The notes under the pieces are model-generated. The model did no database searches. It was given only the letters and a program-made list of their open reading frames with translations, and was not told where the DNA came from. The position numbers and the translations under genes were made by a program. Of a stretch of DNA of 64,000 nucleotides, positions 54,667 to 64,000 are shown piece by piece; the stretch's first letter is position 1, and each line of letters opens with the position of its first letter. The stretch comes from Clostridiales bacterium (GTDB lineage: Bacteria; Bacillota; Dehalobacteriia; UBA7702): positions 35,308-99,307 of the forward strand of contig JAXGQJ010000006.1 in NCBI GenBank assembly GCA_040766505.1, in the 5' to 3' direction.

Positions 54667-55789
54667 AGATTGGCATCGACGGCCGTGCCGCCGTCTGGTA
54701 CCGCGGTACCGGTATGGGCACCTATGGCTATGAATTGATGTGGCATCTGTATCATCTCGACAAGAAGAACCGCTACCGTTTTTTCCTTCCCCAGGGGATT
54801 TGGACAAAGACCGATCCCGCCGAGGAAGGAAATTTTCATTCTCCCGCATTGGGGATCAGCGATTTTTGGGAGCGGGCCCACCGCCAGCCGCTGCCCGCCG
54901 ACGGCTTCGACCTGGTGCACAATCCCCACAATGGCTTTGGTTTGCCAAAGGAAAGCCAAGTGCCCCTCGTCATCACGGTACACGATCTAATCCCTTATGT
55001 TTTGCCGGAGATGTGCGGCAAGCCTTATCGGGATATTTTTTGCCGGGAGATGCCCCGTTTTCTGGAGCGGGCCGCCCATGTCATCGCCGTTTCCCGGCAT
55101 ACGAAGAAGGATCTGATGGAAATCCTCGCGGTGCCGGAGGAAAAAGATCAGCGTGATCCATGAAGCCCCGGAAAAACGGTACCGCCCGTTGGATCAGGCG
55201 GCCGTCCGCCGCTATCTGGCCCAAAAATACGGCATCGGGCAGCCCTATATCCTCTATGTCGGCGGCTTCAATGAACGGAAAAATTTGCCGCTGCTCGTCC
55301 GGGCTTTTGCCCGGCTGAAAAAAGGCGGCCCTCGATCCGGTTCTGCTTTTGCTGGGCCGGGAAAATAAGGAATACGGAAAAATCAAGGCTCTGGCGGCCC
55401 GCTGCGGCATTGCCGATCAGGTGCTTTTTGGCGGTTTTGTGCCCGGTGATTTGCCGGCTTTTTACAATGGCGCCCGGCTCTTCGTCTTTCCTTCCCTCTA
55501 TGAAGGGTTTGGCTTGCCGCCGCTGGAAGCCGCCGCCTGCGGCGTCGCCACCCTTTCCACCCCGGTATCGGCCCTCGGAGAGGTGATGGGGGACGGGGCC
55601 GCCTATTTTAAGCCCGACGATGAAATCGGCCTTGCCGAACTGTTGGTTCATTATTTGACGAAAGAGGAGGAAAGGTTGGCTTTGGCGGAAAAAGGCCGAA
55701 AAAGAAGCGAGGAATTCTGTTGGTGGCAGGGAGCAAGAGAGACTTTGTCGGTATATGAGAAGATAGCGCCCCCCGGTTCTAAAGGTTAA
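54663..55789 (+). CDS. GT4 glycosyltransferase, spore-coat associated (frameshifted)
   Basis: MKIGIDGRAA.WYRGTGMGTY, TVHDLIP, RKN, FPSLYEGFGLPPLEA. Confidence 0.88.
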
Positions 55790-55806
55790 GGGCCCCGCAT
55801 ATCCTT
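55778..55806 (+). promoter_or_regulatory. Candidate sigma-E promoter of the LysM coat gene
   Basis: TCTA-16 nt-CATATCCTT. Confidence 0.4.
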
Positions 55807-55876
55807 TGTAAAGGAGAGATCGGCCGGATATACACCGGCTGAGGCATAGCGGCCACAAGCCGCGGGGAGGGAAAAA

Positions 55877-56836
55877 ATGGTACTCAGTACGGAAATCACG
55901 AAGAAAGTTGACATCCCGGCGAGCCTGCCGCCGCTGGAACATATGACCCGGCTGGAGGGAAACATTGTTCTCAAGAACGTCGTGGCGGAAAACGAGGGGT
56001 TGCGGGTCACCGGCGACCTGCTCTGGCGGGGCATCTTTCAGGCGGAAACCGAAGCGGAGGAATGCCTGTGGGAAGGGGCGGAATTCTTTTCCCATCTGGT
56101 GGACCTGGGGGTTTTGCGCAATAGCGATACCTTTCTCCTTGATCCGAGGGTCGTCGATCTCAGTGGCGAAGCGGCGGGGGAAGGCGGCTACCGGCTGACC
56201 TTTTCCATCCTCTGGGCCGACGCCAATGACAGCCTGCTGCCGCCGGCCTATGAAAGTCCGTCCCTGGAAGAAATGCCGGATTTCAGAGAATTGGAATTCG
56301 AGGCGGCCCCGTCCATCCCCGGTTTAGAACAGGAAGACCTGTCTTTAGAGGATCGATATGAAGAGATCGCCGAACAATGGAGCGATACTCTAGACATACT
56401 GGAGGCCGGGGCGACTTCCCCCTCGGCCGAAGAGGAGGAGGCATTTGCGGCGGAAGGAAATGACATGGGAAAGGAGATGGTTGTGGAACGAGAATGCAAC
56501 AGCAGCGATAGGGAAGGGGAGGAAGCGGCGTTTCCGGCGCCTTTGGCCGACGGCCGGGAAACGGAAGACCGGAAAATAGCGGCCAGCCAGGAAAAGGCCG
56601 CCCCCCGGGAACAGCCGGCCAGAAGTGAGCTGGGGGCGATTCACTATTCCGACGCCCTCACCATCATGGAGCCATTGCTTTCGGAACCGTTCAAATTGCG
56701 GTATTATCGGGTGCAGTGGGGGGAGGATTTGTCCGCCATCGCCGATCGGCTCTCCGCTTCCATCGCGAAAATTAAAGAGCTCAATACTTTAGAAGAGGAG
56801 GATATCAAAGTCGGCACGGTTTTGCGTATTCCTTGA
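55877..56836 (+). CDS. SpoVID-like spore coat morphogenetic protein (acidic linker, C-terminal LysM)
   Basis: N-terminal beta domain, Glu-rich middle, YRVQWGEDLSAIADR..IKELN..IKVGTVLRIP. Confidence 0.7.
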   Translation: MVLSTEITKKVDIPASLPPLEHMTRLEGNIVLKNVVAENEGLRVTGDLLWRGIFQAETEAEECLWEGAEFFSHLVDLGVLRNSDTFLLDPRVVDLSGEAAGEGGYRLTFSILWADANDSLLPPAYESPSLEEMPDFRELEFEAAPSIPGLEQEDLSLEDRYEEIAEQWSDTLDILEAGATSPSAEEEEAFAAEGNDMGKEMVVERECNSSDREGEEAAFPAPLADGRETEDRKIAASQEKAAPREQPARSELGAIHYSDALTIMEPLLSEPFKLRYYRVQWGEDLSAIADRLSASIAKIKELNTLEEEDIKVGTVLRIP

Positions 56837-56934
56837 GCAAACATAGTTGTTTGTCACATAATTTAAAGTATCCATCAAAAAGGCGGGCTCCGGAAAACCG
56901 GGGCCCGCTGAAGTTTGTCGTGCTAAGGCTAGAG

Positions 56935-56975
56935 AAAAAAGGCGGCGACCGGCGATGGCCGGAAGCCGTCTTTTT
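56935..56975. terminator. Bidirectional terminator-like hairpin
   Basis: AAAAAAGGCGGC..CCGGC/GCCGG..GCCGTCTTTTT. Confidence 0.55.
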
Positions 56976-57308
56976 ATGATCATATGATAAAATGATGGCT
57001 AGAGATTTAAAAGATAAAGGTTGTGCATAAATGCCGCACCCTCGTTTCTCTTCATCTCTTGACAGAAATAGATTCTATACATATAGTATGTTTGGGAACA
57101 GTATTAAGTCAATTGTTTTGTCAACTTCGTCTTTAGTCTGAACAGCCACTTTAATTTAAGTGGCTGTTCATATATGCTTTTGATTTGGTTGCGATGCTTA
57201 GTCTTAGCTTGTTTGATAGGCTTCAATAAATAATTTTCAAATTCCTATTGGTGGATGAGAAAATGGGTAGGGGAACGAAAAAATTGATATAGACACAGGA
57301 GTTTCGGT

Positions 57309-58910
57309 ATGCGTAAAGGAAGCGATTCCATCCAAAAACCCGATGCCGCGCAGTCCGCCTTGGTTCTCATGGTCGCTATGATTGCCGCGAGAATCCTGGG
57401 CTTTGTTCGCGACGGCGTTTTGTACGCCCGGTTCGGCCTGGTCCGCTATACCGACGCTTACCAGGCGGCCTTTACGCTGCCGGATACCATCTATATGCTT
57501 TTGGTGGGCGGGGCCTTCAGCGCCGCCTTTATCCCCGTCTTTTCCCATTATCTCGCCAAGGACGAAAGGGAGGATGCCTGGAAGGTGGCGAGCCTTACCT
57601 TTCAGGCGGTTTCCTGGGCGATGCTGCTTTTGATCGCCGGGGCTTTCGCCTTTGCGCCCCAGTTGTTGGCAGTGTTTTTCCCCCGTTTTGACGCCGCCAC
57701 CCTGGCCTTGACCGTCGCGTTGACCCGGATCATGCTCTTTCAGGTGATTTTTATGGCTTTGGGGGGGATTTGCGCCGGTATTCTCCAATCCCATCACATC
57801 TTCGCCCCCAGCGCCTGGAGCGGCGTGGTCTACAATCTGCTCATCATCGCTTTCGGCATCGCCTTCGCCGGCCCCATCGAAAGCCGCTTTCCCGGCTTCG
57901 GCATCGCCGCCTTCGCCTTTGGCGTGGTGGCGGGGGCTGTGGCGAATTTTCTGATCCAAGGCCTTTCCCTGCGGCGGGTGGGGATCGCCTATCGTTTCTC
58001 CCTGGATTTCCGGCATCCGGGTTTTAGGAAAATGGCCGGGCTGATGCTCCCGGTTTTGCTGGGGCTTTCCGCCAATGAGATCAACCTCATCGTCAATATG
58101 AGCCTGGCGTCGGGTTTGGGGGAGGGGCTTTTGTCCGCGTTGAAGCTGGCCCAGCGTTTTATGCAACTGCCCGTTTCCATCTTTGCCATTTCCATCGCCA
58201 TGACCCTGTTCCCCATTTTGAATGAGGAAGCGGCCCAGGAACGCCTCGCCGATTTTTGCCGCGATTATGCCAAAGGTTTCAAGGCGATTTTGTTCATCTG
58301 CATCCCCTGTTCGCTGTTCTTGGCGGTTTTGGCGGTGCCGATGATCCGGCTTTTGTTCCAGAACGGCCTCTTTGGCGCCGAAGATGTGGCGGCCACGGCC
58401 TTCGCCCTCTATTTCTATGCCGTCGGCATCTTCGCCCAGGGCGGCATCCATTTGACCAGCCGGGCCTTTTATGCCTTGCAGGATACGGCGACGCCGGTCA
58501 AGATGGCGGTCGTCGGGGCCGCCGTCAATATCGGCGGCAGCATTTTGCTGCTGCGCCTATTGTCCCAGGGCGGCATCGCTTTCGCTTATTCGCTGGCGGG
58601 CATCGTCAATCTCGTCCTTTTGCTTTTTGTGTTGCGGAGAAGGGCGGGGCATATTCATGGGGCGGAGATTTTGCGCACCGCCGTCAAAACCCTGGCCGCT
58701 TCGGTTCCGGCGGCAGCGGCGGCCTGGCTTTTTGTTTACGGTTGGAGCATCCTCATCGGCAGCGCCGGTAAGTTGGCCCAGGGAGCGGAATTGCTCGCGG
58801 CGGGCTGGATCGCCTGCGCCGTTTTCTTTCTGCTGGCCCGGCGCTTCCGGATGCCGGAGGTCGATTGGTTCCTCAATCGGATGAAGAAACGCTTTATGCC
58901 GGGGTTGTAA
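57309..58910 (+). CDS. murJ: MurJ/MviN lipid II flippase
   Basis: ARILGFVRD, DAYQAAFTLPD, GGAFSAAFIPV, QRFMQLP, RAFYALQDTATP. Confidence 0.92.
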   Translation: MRKGSDSIQKPDAAQSALVLMVAMIAARILGFVRDGVLYARFGLVRYTDAYQAAFTLPDTIYMLLVGGAFSAAFIPVFSHYLAKDEREDAWKVASLTFQAVSWAMLLLIAGAFAFAPQLLAVFFPRFDAATLALTVALTRIMLFQVIFMALGGICAGILQSHHIFAPSAWSGVVYNLLIIAFGIAFAGPIESRFPGFGIAAFAFGVVAGAVANFLIQGLSLRRVGIAYRFSLDFRHPGFRKMAGLMLPVLLGLSANEINLIVNMSLASGLGEGLLSALKLAQRFMQLPVSIFAISIAMTLFPILNEEAAQERLADFCRDYAKGFKAILFICIPCSLFLAVLAVPMIRLLFQNGLFGAEDVAATAFALYFYAVGIFAQGGIHLTSRAFYALQDTATPVKMAVVGAAVNIGGSILLLRLLSQGGIAFAYSLAGIVNLVLLLFVLRRRAGHIHGAEILRTAVKTLAASVPAAAAAWLFVYGWSILIGSAGKLAQGAELLAAGWIACAVFFLLARRFRMPEVDWFLNRMKKRFMPGL

Positions 58911-58948
58911 CCATAAGGGCAAATGGGTTTTTGCCGCCGGAAAAAAGT

Positions 58949-58977
58949 TTGCATTCTTTTTTATGATGTGTTATAAT
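58949..58977 (+). promoter_or_regulatory. Sigma-A promoter of rpmE
   Basis: TTGCAT-17 nt-TATAAT with extended TG. Confidence 0.65.
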
Positions 58978-59029
58978 ATCATCTGCGTTGAAAATCAGGC
59001 GTTTGCTTGCCGGAAGTGAGGTGAGAGGA

Positions 59030-59233
59030 ATGAAAAAAGACATTCATCCCAATTATGGGGAAGCGGAGGTCGTTTGTGCCTGCGGCAATAAATTTACCAC
59101 CGGTTCCACGAAGAAGAACATTCGGGTGGAAGTTTGCTCCCAATGCCATCCGTTCTATACCGGAAGCAGACGGTTTTTGGTTGAAGAAGGCGGCCGGGTC
59201 GACAAATTTAAGAAAAAATACGGATTGCAATAA
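59030..59233 (+). CDS. rpmE: 50S ribosomal protein L31 (Zn-binding type)
   Basis: [29 protein letters not shown]. Confidence 0.96.
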   Translation: MKKDIHPNYGEAEVVCACGNKFTTGSTKKNIRVEVCSQCHPFYTGSRRFLVEEGGRVDKFKKKYGLQ

Positions 59234-59357
59234 ACGCCATTCAATCGGTATGCACAGCAAGATCCCTGACCGCTATGTACGTCCATGTACAGTGCGTGGA
59301 CAGGGATTTTCTATTCCGGTCGGCGCTTGTCGCCTTTTTGCTATGAAGGAGCAGCAG

Positions 59358-60280
59358 ATGAAAAAGAAATATTTCTACGGCGGACAGGCCGTAATCGAAG
59401 GCGTTATGATGATGGGGCCGGAAACCTATGCCGTGGCGGTGCGCCGCCCCGACGGGGAGATCGTGATCAAAGAGGAGCGGCACAATACGGTCAAAGACCG
59501 CTTTCCGGTTTTAAAGTGGCCGATTTTGCGGGGCTTCGTCAATCTCATTGAAATGCTGGTGCTGGGGGTGCAAAACATCACCTGGTCGGCGAATCAAGCC
59601 GGGGAGGAAGAGGAGGAACTGGGCTGGGGCGGCATGGTTCTCGCCTTTGCCGTCGCCCTTCTCTTTACCATCGGCGTTCTCTGGCCTTGCCGGTTTGGGC
59701 GGGAACGGGTTCTCCGCCCCTATATCGGCGATTTTGGCCGCAGCGCCCTGGAAGGCGTGATCCGCATCGCCGCCTTTGTCGTCTATCTTTTGCTGATCCG
59801 CCGCATGTCCGATATTCGCCGGGTTTTCAGTATCACGGCGCCGAGCATAAAACCATCGCCGCCTTTGAACATGGCGACCGGCTGACCCCGGCCGCCGCCC
59901 GGCGCTATACGACGCTGCACCGCCGCTGTGGCACCAGCTTTATTCTGATGGTGATGATCGTGATGATCGTCGTCTTTACCTTCGTAGGGCAGACGGAATC
60001 GAGCTGGATGCGGATGCTGATCAAGTTTTTGTCCATGCCGCTGATCGCCGGCATCACCTATGAATTTACCCGCTGGTCGGCGCGGCATTGCGAGTGGCTG
60101 CCGGTGCGCGCCGTCACCGCGCCGGGACTTTGGCTGCAAAAATTGACCACCGAGGAACCGGATGAAAGCCAGTTGGAGGTCGCCATCGCCGCCTTAAAAA
60201 CGGTGTTGGCCCCCGCCGATAAAGAATCGATACCGGATGAAGAGGAAAACAGTGATGTTCGAGAAAATTGCCAGGCTTGA
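59358..60280 (+). CDS. DUF1385 / YqhQ family membrane protein (frameshifted)
   Basis: [42 protein letters not shown]. Confidence 0.9.
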
Positions 60281-61331
60281 AGAAAAATACGATGAGCTTT
60301 CGCGGCTGATCGGTGATGCCGACATCATCGCCCGCCAGGAAGAATGGAAGAAATATGTCCGCGCCCATGCGGATTTGGAAGAGATCGTCGCCGCCTATCG
60401 CTGCTACCGCAGGTGCTGGCGGAATTGGCCGGCGCCGGGGAAATCCGCCGAAGAGAAAGACGGCGATATGCGCCGGTTCTTCGCCGCGGAGGCGGAAGCC
60501 CTGGAAGACGAGCGGAACTGCCTCGAACGGGAGATGAAGATCCTGCTTTTGCCGAAAGACCCCAATGACGGCAAAAACGCCATCATGGAGATCCGGGCCG
60601 GTACCGGCGGCAATGAGGCGACGCTCTTTGCCAATGACCTGTTTAAGATGTACAACCGCTATGCGGAAAAACGGGGTTGGCGCATGGAGGTTCTCGAAGG
60701 CAATTTTACCGACCTTGGCGGCATTAAGGAAGCGGTCTGCATTGTGGAAGGGAAAGGCGTTTATGGGCGTTTAAAATATGAAAGCGGCGTCCACCGCGTC
60801 CAACGGGTGCCGGATACCGAGGGCAGCGGCCGGGTTCATACCTCCGCCGCCACCGTAGCGGTTTTGCCGGAAGCGGAAGAGATCGAGGTGGATATCCACC
60901 CCAATGACATCCGGGTTGACGTCTTTTGTTCCAGCGGCCCCGGCGGCCAATCGGTGAACACCACCCAGAGCGCCGTTCGCATCACCCATTTGCCCAGCGG
61001 CATCGCCGTATCCTGCCAGGATGAAAAAGCCAGATCAAAAATAAGGAAAAGGCCATGAAGGTGTTGCGTTCCCGCATCTATGAAAAGATGGAGCAGGAGA
61101 AACTCGGCGATATTTCTTCCACCAGGAAGAGCATGGTGGGCTCCGGCGACCGCTCCGAACGCATCCGCACCTTCAATTTCCCCCAGGGCCGGGTGACGGA
61201 GCACCGCATCGGCCTCACCCTCCATAAGCTCGACGCGATTCTGGAGGGCCATCTCGACGAAATCATCGACGCTCTCATCGATGATGTGCAGTTTAAACAG
61301 CTGCAAAGCGGGGGGATGGGCCGTGAGCTAA
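60255..61331 (+). CDS. prfA: Peptide chain release factor 1 (frameshifted; 3' end approximate)
   Basis: [22 protein letters not shown] (PxT), [29 protein letters not shown]. Confidence 0.95.
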
Positions 61332-62157
61332 GCTATGGCGCGTGCCGCCGGGAAGTGGAGGCCAAAATGCGCCGGTCGGGCCGGGAAAATGCCGACCGGG
61401 AAAGTATATGGCTGCTGGAGGCTTTTGCCGGCGGCGGGTTTTGGCAAATTTGTGAAGATGAAGTGCCTTTTTCGGTTTTGATCAAAATCGAGGCGGCGCT
61501 GAACCGGCTCTCCGGGGGGAGCCCTTTCAATATGTCTTGGGCAGCCAGGATTTTTTCGGCCTGCCCTTCATCGCCGACCGGCGGGGGCTGATACCGAGGC
61601 CGGAAACCGAGGTTTTGGTGGCGAAAGCCCTCGACCTGCCCCTGCCTGCCGGCCCCCTTCTCGATCTTTGCTGCGGCAGCGGCTGCATCGCCGTGGCCCT
61701 CGGCCGGCGGTTGCCGGAGCGGCAGGTCTGGGCTGCCGACCTCTCCGCCGAAGCGCTGTCCCTCGCCAAGGAAAACGCGGAATTGCACGGGGTCGATGTT
61801 CGCTTTTGCGCAGGGGATCTCTTTGCCGCTTTGCCCGCCGACGCGCCGCCCTTCGCGTTGATCGTTTCCAATCCCCCTTATGTGCCCCGAAACGAGATAC
61901 CGGCATTGGGGATTGAAATTGGCTATGAGCCCCGGGAAGCGCTGGACGGCGGCGAAGACGGCCTCGATTTTTATCGCCGCATCCTGCCGCAGGCCGTTTC
62001 CCGCCTGCAGGTTGGCGGTTTTCTTTTGCTGGAAGCCGGCGCGGGCCAAGGCGCGGCATTGCTGGCGCTCGCCGCCGGCCTGCCTTTCGGATCCCCCGTC
62101 CTCTTTTCCGATCTGGCGGGAAAGGAACGGTTTTTTCTGGCGGCGCGTGACAAATAA
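61316..62157 (+). CDS. prmC: Release factor glutamine methyltransferase (frameshifted)
   Basis: [38 protein letters not shown]. Confidence 0.92.
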
Positions 62158-62275
62158 ATCCCGTTAAATGGGGCGGGGCGGCGAAAGGGGCGACAAAAAA
62201 ATGCGCCGCCGAATCTTGCTTTTCTTTTTTCTTGTGCTATAATAATGGCTAGTGTTATTTATCTAGGAGGTTCAC

Positions 62276-62470
62276 ATGGAAGGCAAAGTAAAATGGTTCA
62301 ATGCGGAAAAGGGCTATGGTTTCATCAACAGCGATGAAGGCGATATTTTCGTCCATTTTTCCGCCGTTCAGGGCGATGGCTTTAAGACCCTTGATGAAGG
62401 CCAAGACGTACAATTTGATATTGTTCAGGGGGCCAGGGGTTTGCAGGCCGCAAATGTTATCAAGCTATAA
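62276..62470 (+). CDS. Cold-shock protein
   Basis: [23 protein letters not shown]; AGGAGG RBS; TATAAT at 62238. Confidence 0.96.
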   Translation: MEGKVKWFNAEKGYGFINSDEGDIFVHFSAVQGDGFKTLDEGQDVQFDIVQGARGLQAANVIKL

Positions 62471-62678
62471 GGATCGGATCCGCTGGACGGAACCCATATC
62501 ATAAAGCATATTGATAGCGAAAAGCCTCGGCCGATGGCCGATGCAACCGGTGATTTGGAATCCCCGCTCTTCGGGGATGGGGATTCCGGATTCCCCGGCA
62601 TAGACCCTGCCTTTGCTGGAAGCAATATCTACGGTCCCGTCTCGCGGGACTTTTTCTGTTTTGAGGGTGGATGCTACG

Positions 62679-63698
62679 ATGAGGACAAAAATGGTCGCCG
62701 CCGACCCTGGCCGACCGGAAACCCTGGCGGAAGCGATTTCCCTGCTCCGCGCCGGTGAGCCGGTGGCCTTTCCCACGGAAACCGTATATGGCCTCGGCGC
62801 CGATGCCTTAAACGGCGAAGCGGTGGCGCGGATTTACCGGGCCAAAGGCCGCCCGGCGGACAATCCGCTGATTGTCCATGTGGCGGATTTGGCTATGGCG
62901 GAGGCCTTGGCCGCCCCATTGCCGCCGGTTCTTGAAGCCTTGGCCGAAGCCTTTTGGCCCGGCCCTTTAACGGTGGTGCTGCCGAAGCGGCCCGCCATTC
63001 CCGACATCACCAGCGGCGGCCTCGCCACGGTGGCCCTGCGGGTGCCCGATCATCCGCTGGCCTTGGCGCTGATCGCCGGCGCCTCGCTGCCGGTGGCGGC
63101 GCCCAGCGCGAACCTTTCCGGCAGGCCCAGCCCCACCACGGCGCGGCATGTCTATGACGATTTACAAGGCCGCATTCCGCTGATATTGGATGGAGGGCCG
63201 GTGTCCATCGGTCTGGAATCGACGGTTCTCGATCTCAGCGGCGCGGCGCCCGCCATTCTCCGCCCCGGCAAGGTCACCGCCGCGGATTTGGCCCCCTTTG
63301 TTCCGAACCTGAACCGGGGCCCCGCCGCCGTGGAAACGGAAAGGCCCCGTTCGCCGGGGATGAAATACAGCCACTATGCCCCCAAAGGCGACCTGTTGAT
63401 CGTCGCCTGGGAGGATTTGGAAACCCTGCCGGAACGATTTGCTGCCGCGGCCGGACGGAAGGCTTTGCTGCTGAGCGACGAGGGTTGGCGGCGGATCGCC
63501 GGCGATGTCGGGCCGGATTTATTGCTCCGCCTCGGATCCCGGCATGACCTTTCCGGCGTCGCCCAAAAGCTTTTTGCCGCTTTGAGGGAATGCGACCGCC
63601 TGGGTATGGATACAATTTATATTGAGGCATTTCCTTCGGAGGGCCTCGGTATCGCTTTGATGAACCGCATCGAAAAGGCCGGCCGCTATCTTGGTTAA
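62679..63698 (+). CDS. tsaC: Threonylcarbamoyl-AMP synthase, Sua5/YwlC type
   Basis: FPTETVYGLGA, KGRPADNPLIVH, APSANLSGRPSPT, SPGMKYSHY. Confidence 0.95.
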   Translation: MRTKMVAADPGRPETLAEAISLLRAGEPVAFPTETVYGLGADALNGEAVARIYRAKGRPADNPLIVHVADLAMAEALAAPLPPVLEALAEAFWPGPLTVVLPKRPAIPDITSGGLATVALRVPDHPLALALIAGASLPVAAPSANLSGRPSPTTARHVYDDLQGRIPLILDGGPVSIGLESTVLDLSGAAPAILRPGKVTAADLAPFVPNLNRGPAAVETERPRSPGMKYSHYAPKGDLLIVAWEDLETLPERFAAAAGRKALLLSDEGWRRIAGDVGPDLLLRLGSRHDLSGVAQKLFAALRECDRLGMDTIYIEAFPSEGLGIALMNRIEKAGRYLG

Positions 63699-63716
63699 GA
63701 AATGACGGGAGATATT

Positions 63717-64000
63717 ATGACGACGAAGCTGATCGCACTTTTGGCCATTGCCCTCGCCCTCGATTCTTTTGCCGTTTCTATGGGCATGGGCCTGGCCCGG
63801 ACAGGGAAGGGGCGTTTTAGCGCCTTTGTGGCCATTGTGATTCTAATGCACATCGTTTTTCCGTTGGCGGGCCTGGCCATCGGCAATGTTTCCGCTGCCT
63901 ATATCGGGCAGGTGGCGGCCTATATCGGCGGCGGCTTGCTCATCTTCCTCGGCGGCCGCATCCTGCTGCCGATGTGGGTTCCCAAATGGAAAGCGAAAAA
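63717..64000 (+). CDS. mntP: Manganese efflux pump MntP/YwlD (partial, runs off window)
   Basis: MTTKLIALLAIALALDSFAVSMGMG..HIVFPLAG; follows ywlC. Confidence 0.82.
   Translation, partial: MTTKLIALLAIALALDSFAVSMGMGLARTGKGRFSAFVAIVILMHIVFPLAGLAIGNVSAAYIGQVAAYIGGGLLIFLGGRILLPMWVPKWKAK

Noticed and set aside
57237-58451. Long antisense or overlapping ORFs (e.g. 57237-58451, 17539-18468, 47539-48612, 31601-32491)
   Set aside because: They are shadow ORFs opposite well-supported genes, expected in GC-rich DNA, with no motifs or RBS support.
61055-61591. Apparent in-frame PrfA-PrmC fusion
   Set aside because: The junction lies in a G6 run (61310-61315). One base more or less gives prfA a normal stop overlapping the prmC start, so it is most likely an assembly artifact.
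15279-62157. Dozens of frameshifts suggesting mass pseudogenisation or programmed frameshifting
   Set aside because: They hit essential genes (gmk, metK, prfA, divIC), are often in homopolymers, and leave all motifs intact. This is typical of long-read indel error, and density rising at 40-53 kb suggests low coverage. Read polishing would settle it.

Overview
Chromosomal segment of a GC-rich, endospore-forming anaerobic Bacillota (Clostridia, probably Peptococcales-like). The core blocks are spo0A (3' end)-xerD-deoB-pdp-dacF-spoIIAA/AB/sigF; yloB-yloC-mIHF-remA-gmk-rpoZ-coaBC-metK; uvrB-uvrA-yabP-yabQ-divIC-S1-ppx; cotS-GT4-spoVID-like-murJ; and rpmE-DUF1385-prfA-prmC-csp-tsaC-mntP. There are four accessory blocks. 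(i) A MalT-like LuxR regulator is divergent from an SLH surface protein, with candidate operators between them. (ii) A methanol-type methyltransferase locus comprises a COG0523 GTPase, MtaB, a PocR-AraC regulator and a corrinoid protein. (iii) A ygcW/ygcU/ygcE-like catabolic trio lies downstream of a quaternary-amine (Opu/Osm-type) ABC importer that has a sigma54-type promoter. (iv) The most interesting block is an agr-type peptide quorum-sensing cassette (DUF5317, an orphan membrane protein, AgrB, AgrD) with no AgrC/AgrA in this window. It is instead followed by a membrane-sensor GGDEF/HD-GYP protein and a type IV pilin, and preceded by a second PAS-GGDEF/HD-GYP gene, which suggests cyclic-peptide sensing wired directly to c-di-GMP. 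Many genes, including essential ones, are broken by single-base indels (densest at about 40-53 kb). I read these as uncorrected long-read errors, so coordinates of frameshifted genes are approximate. All family assignments come from motif recognition by eye; no database search was run.
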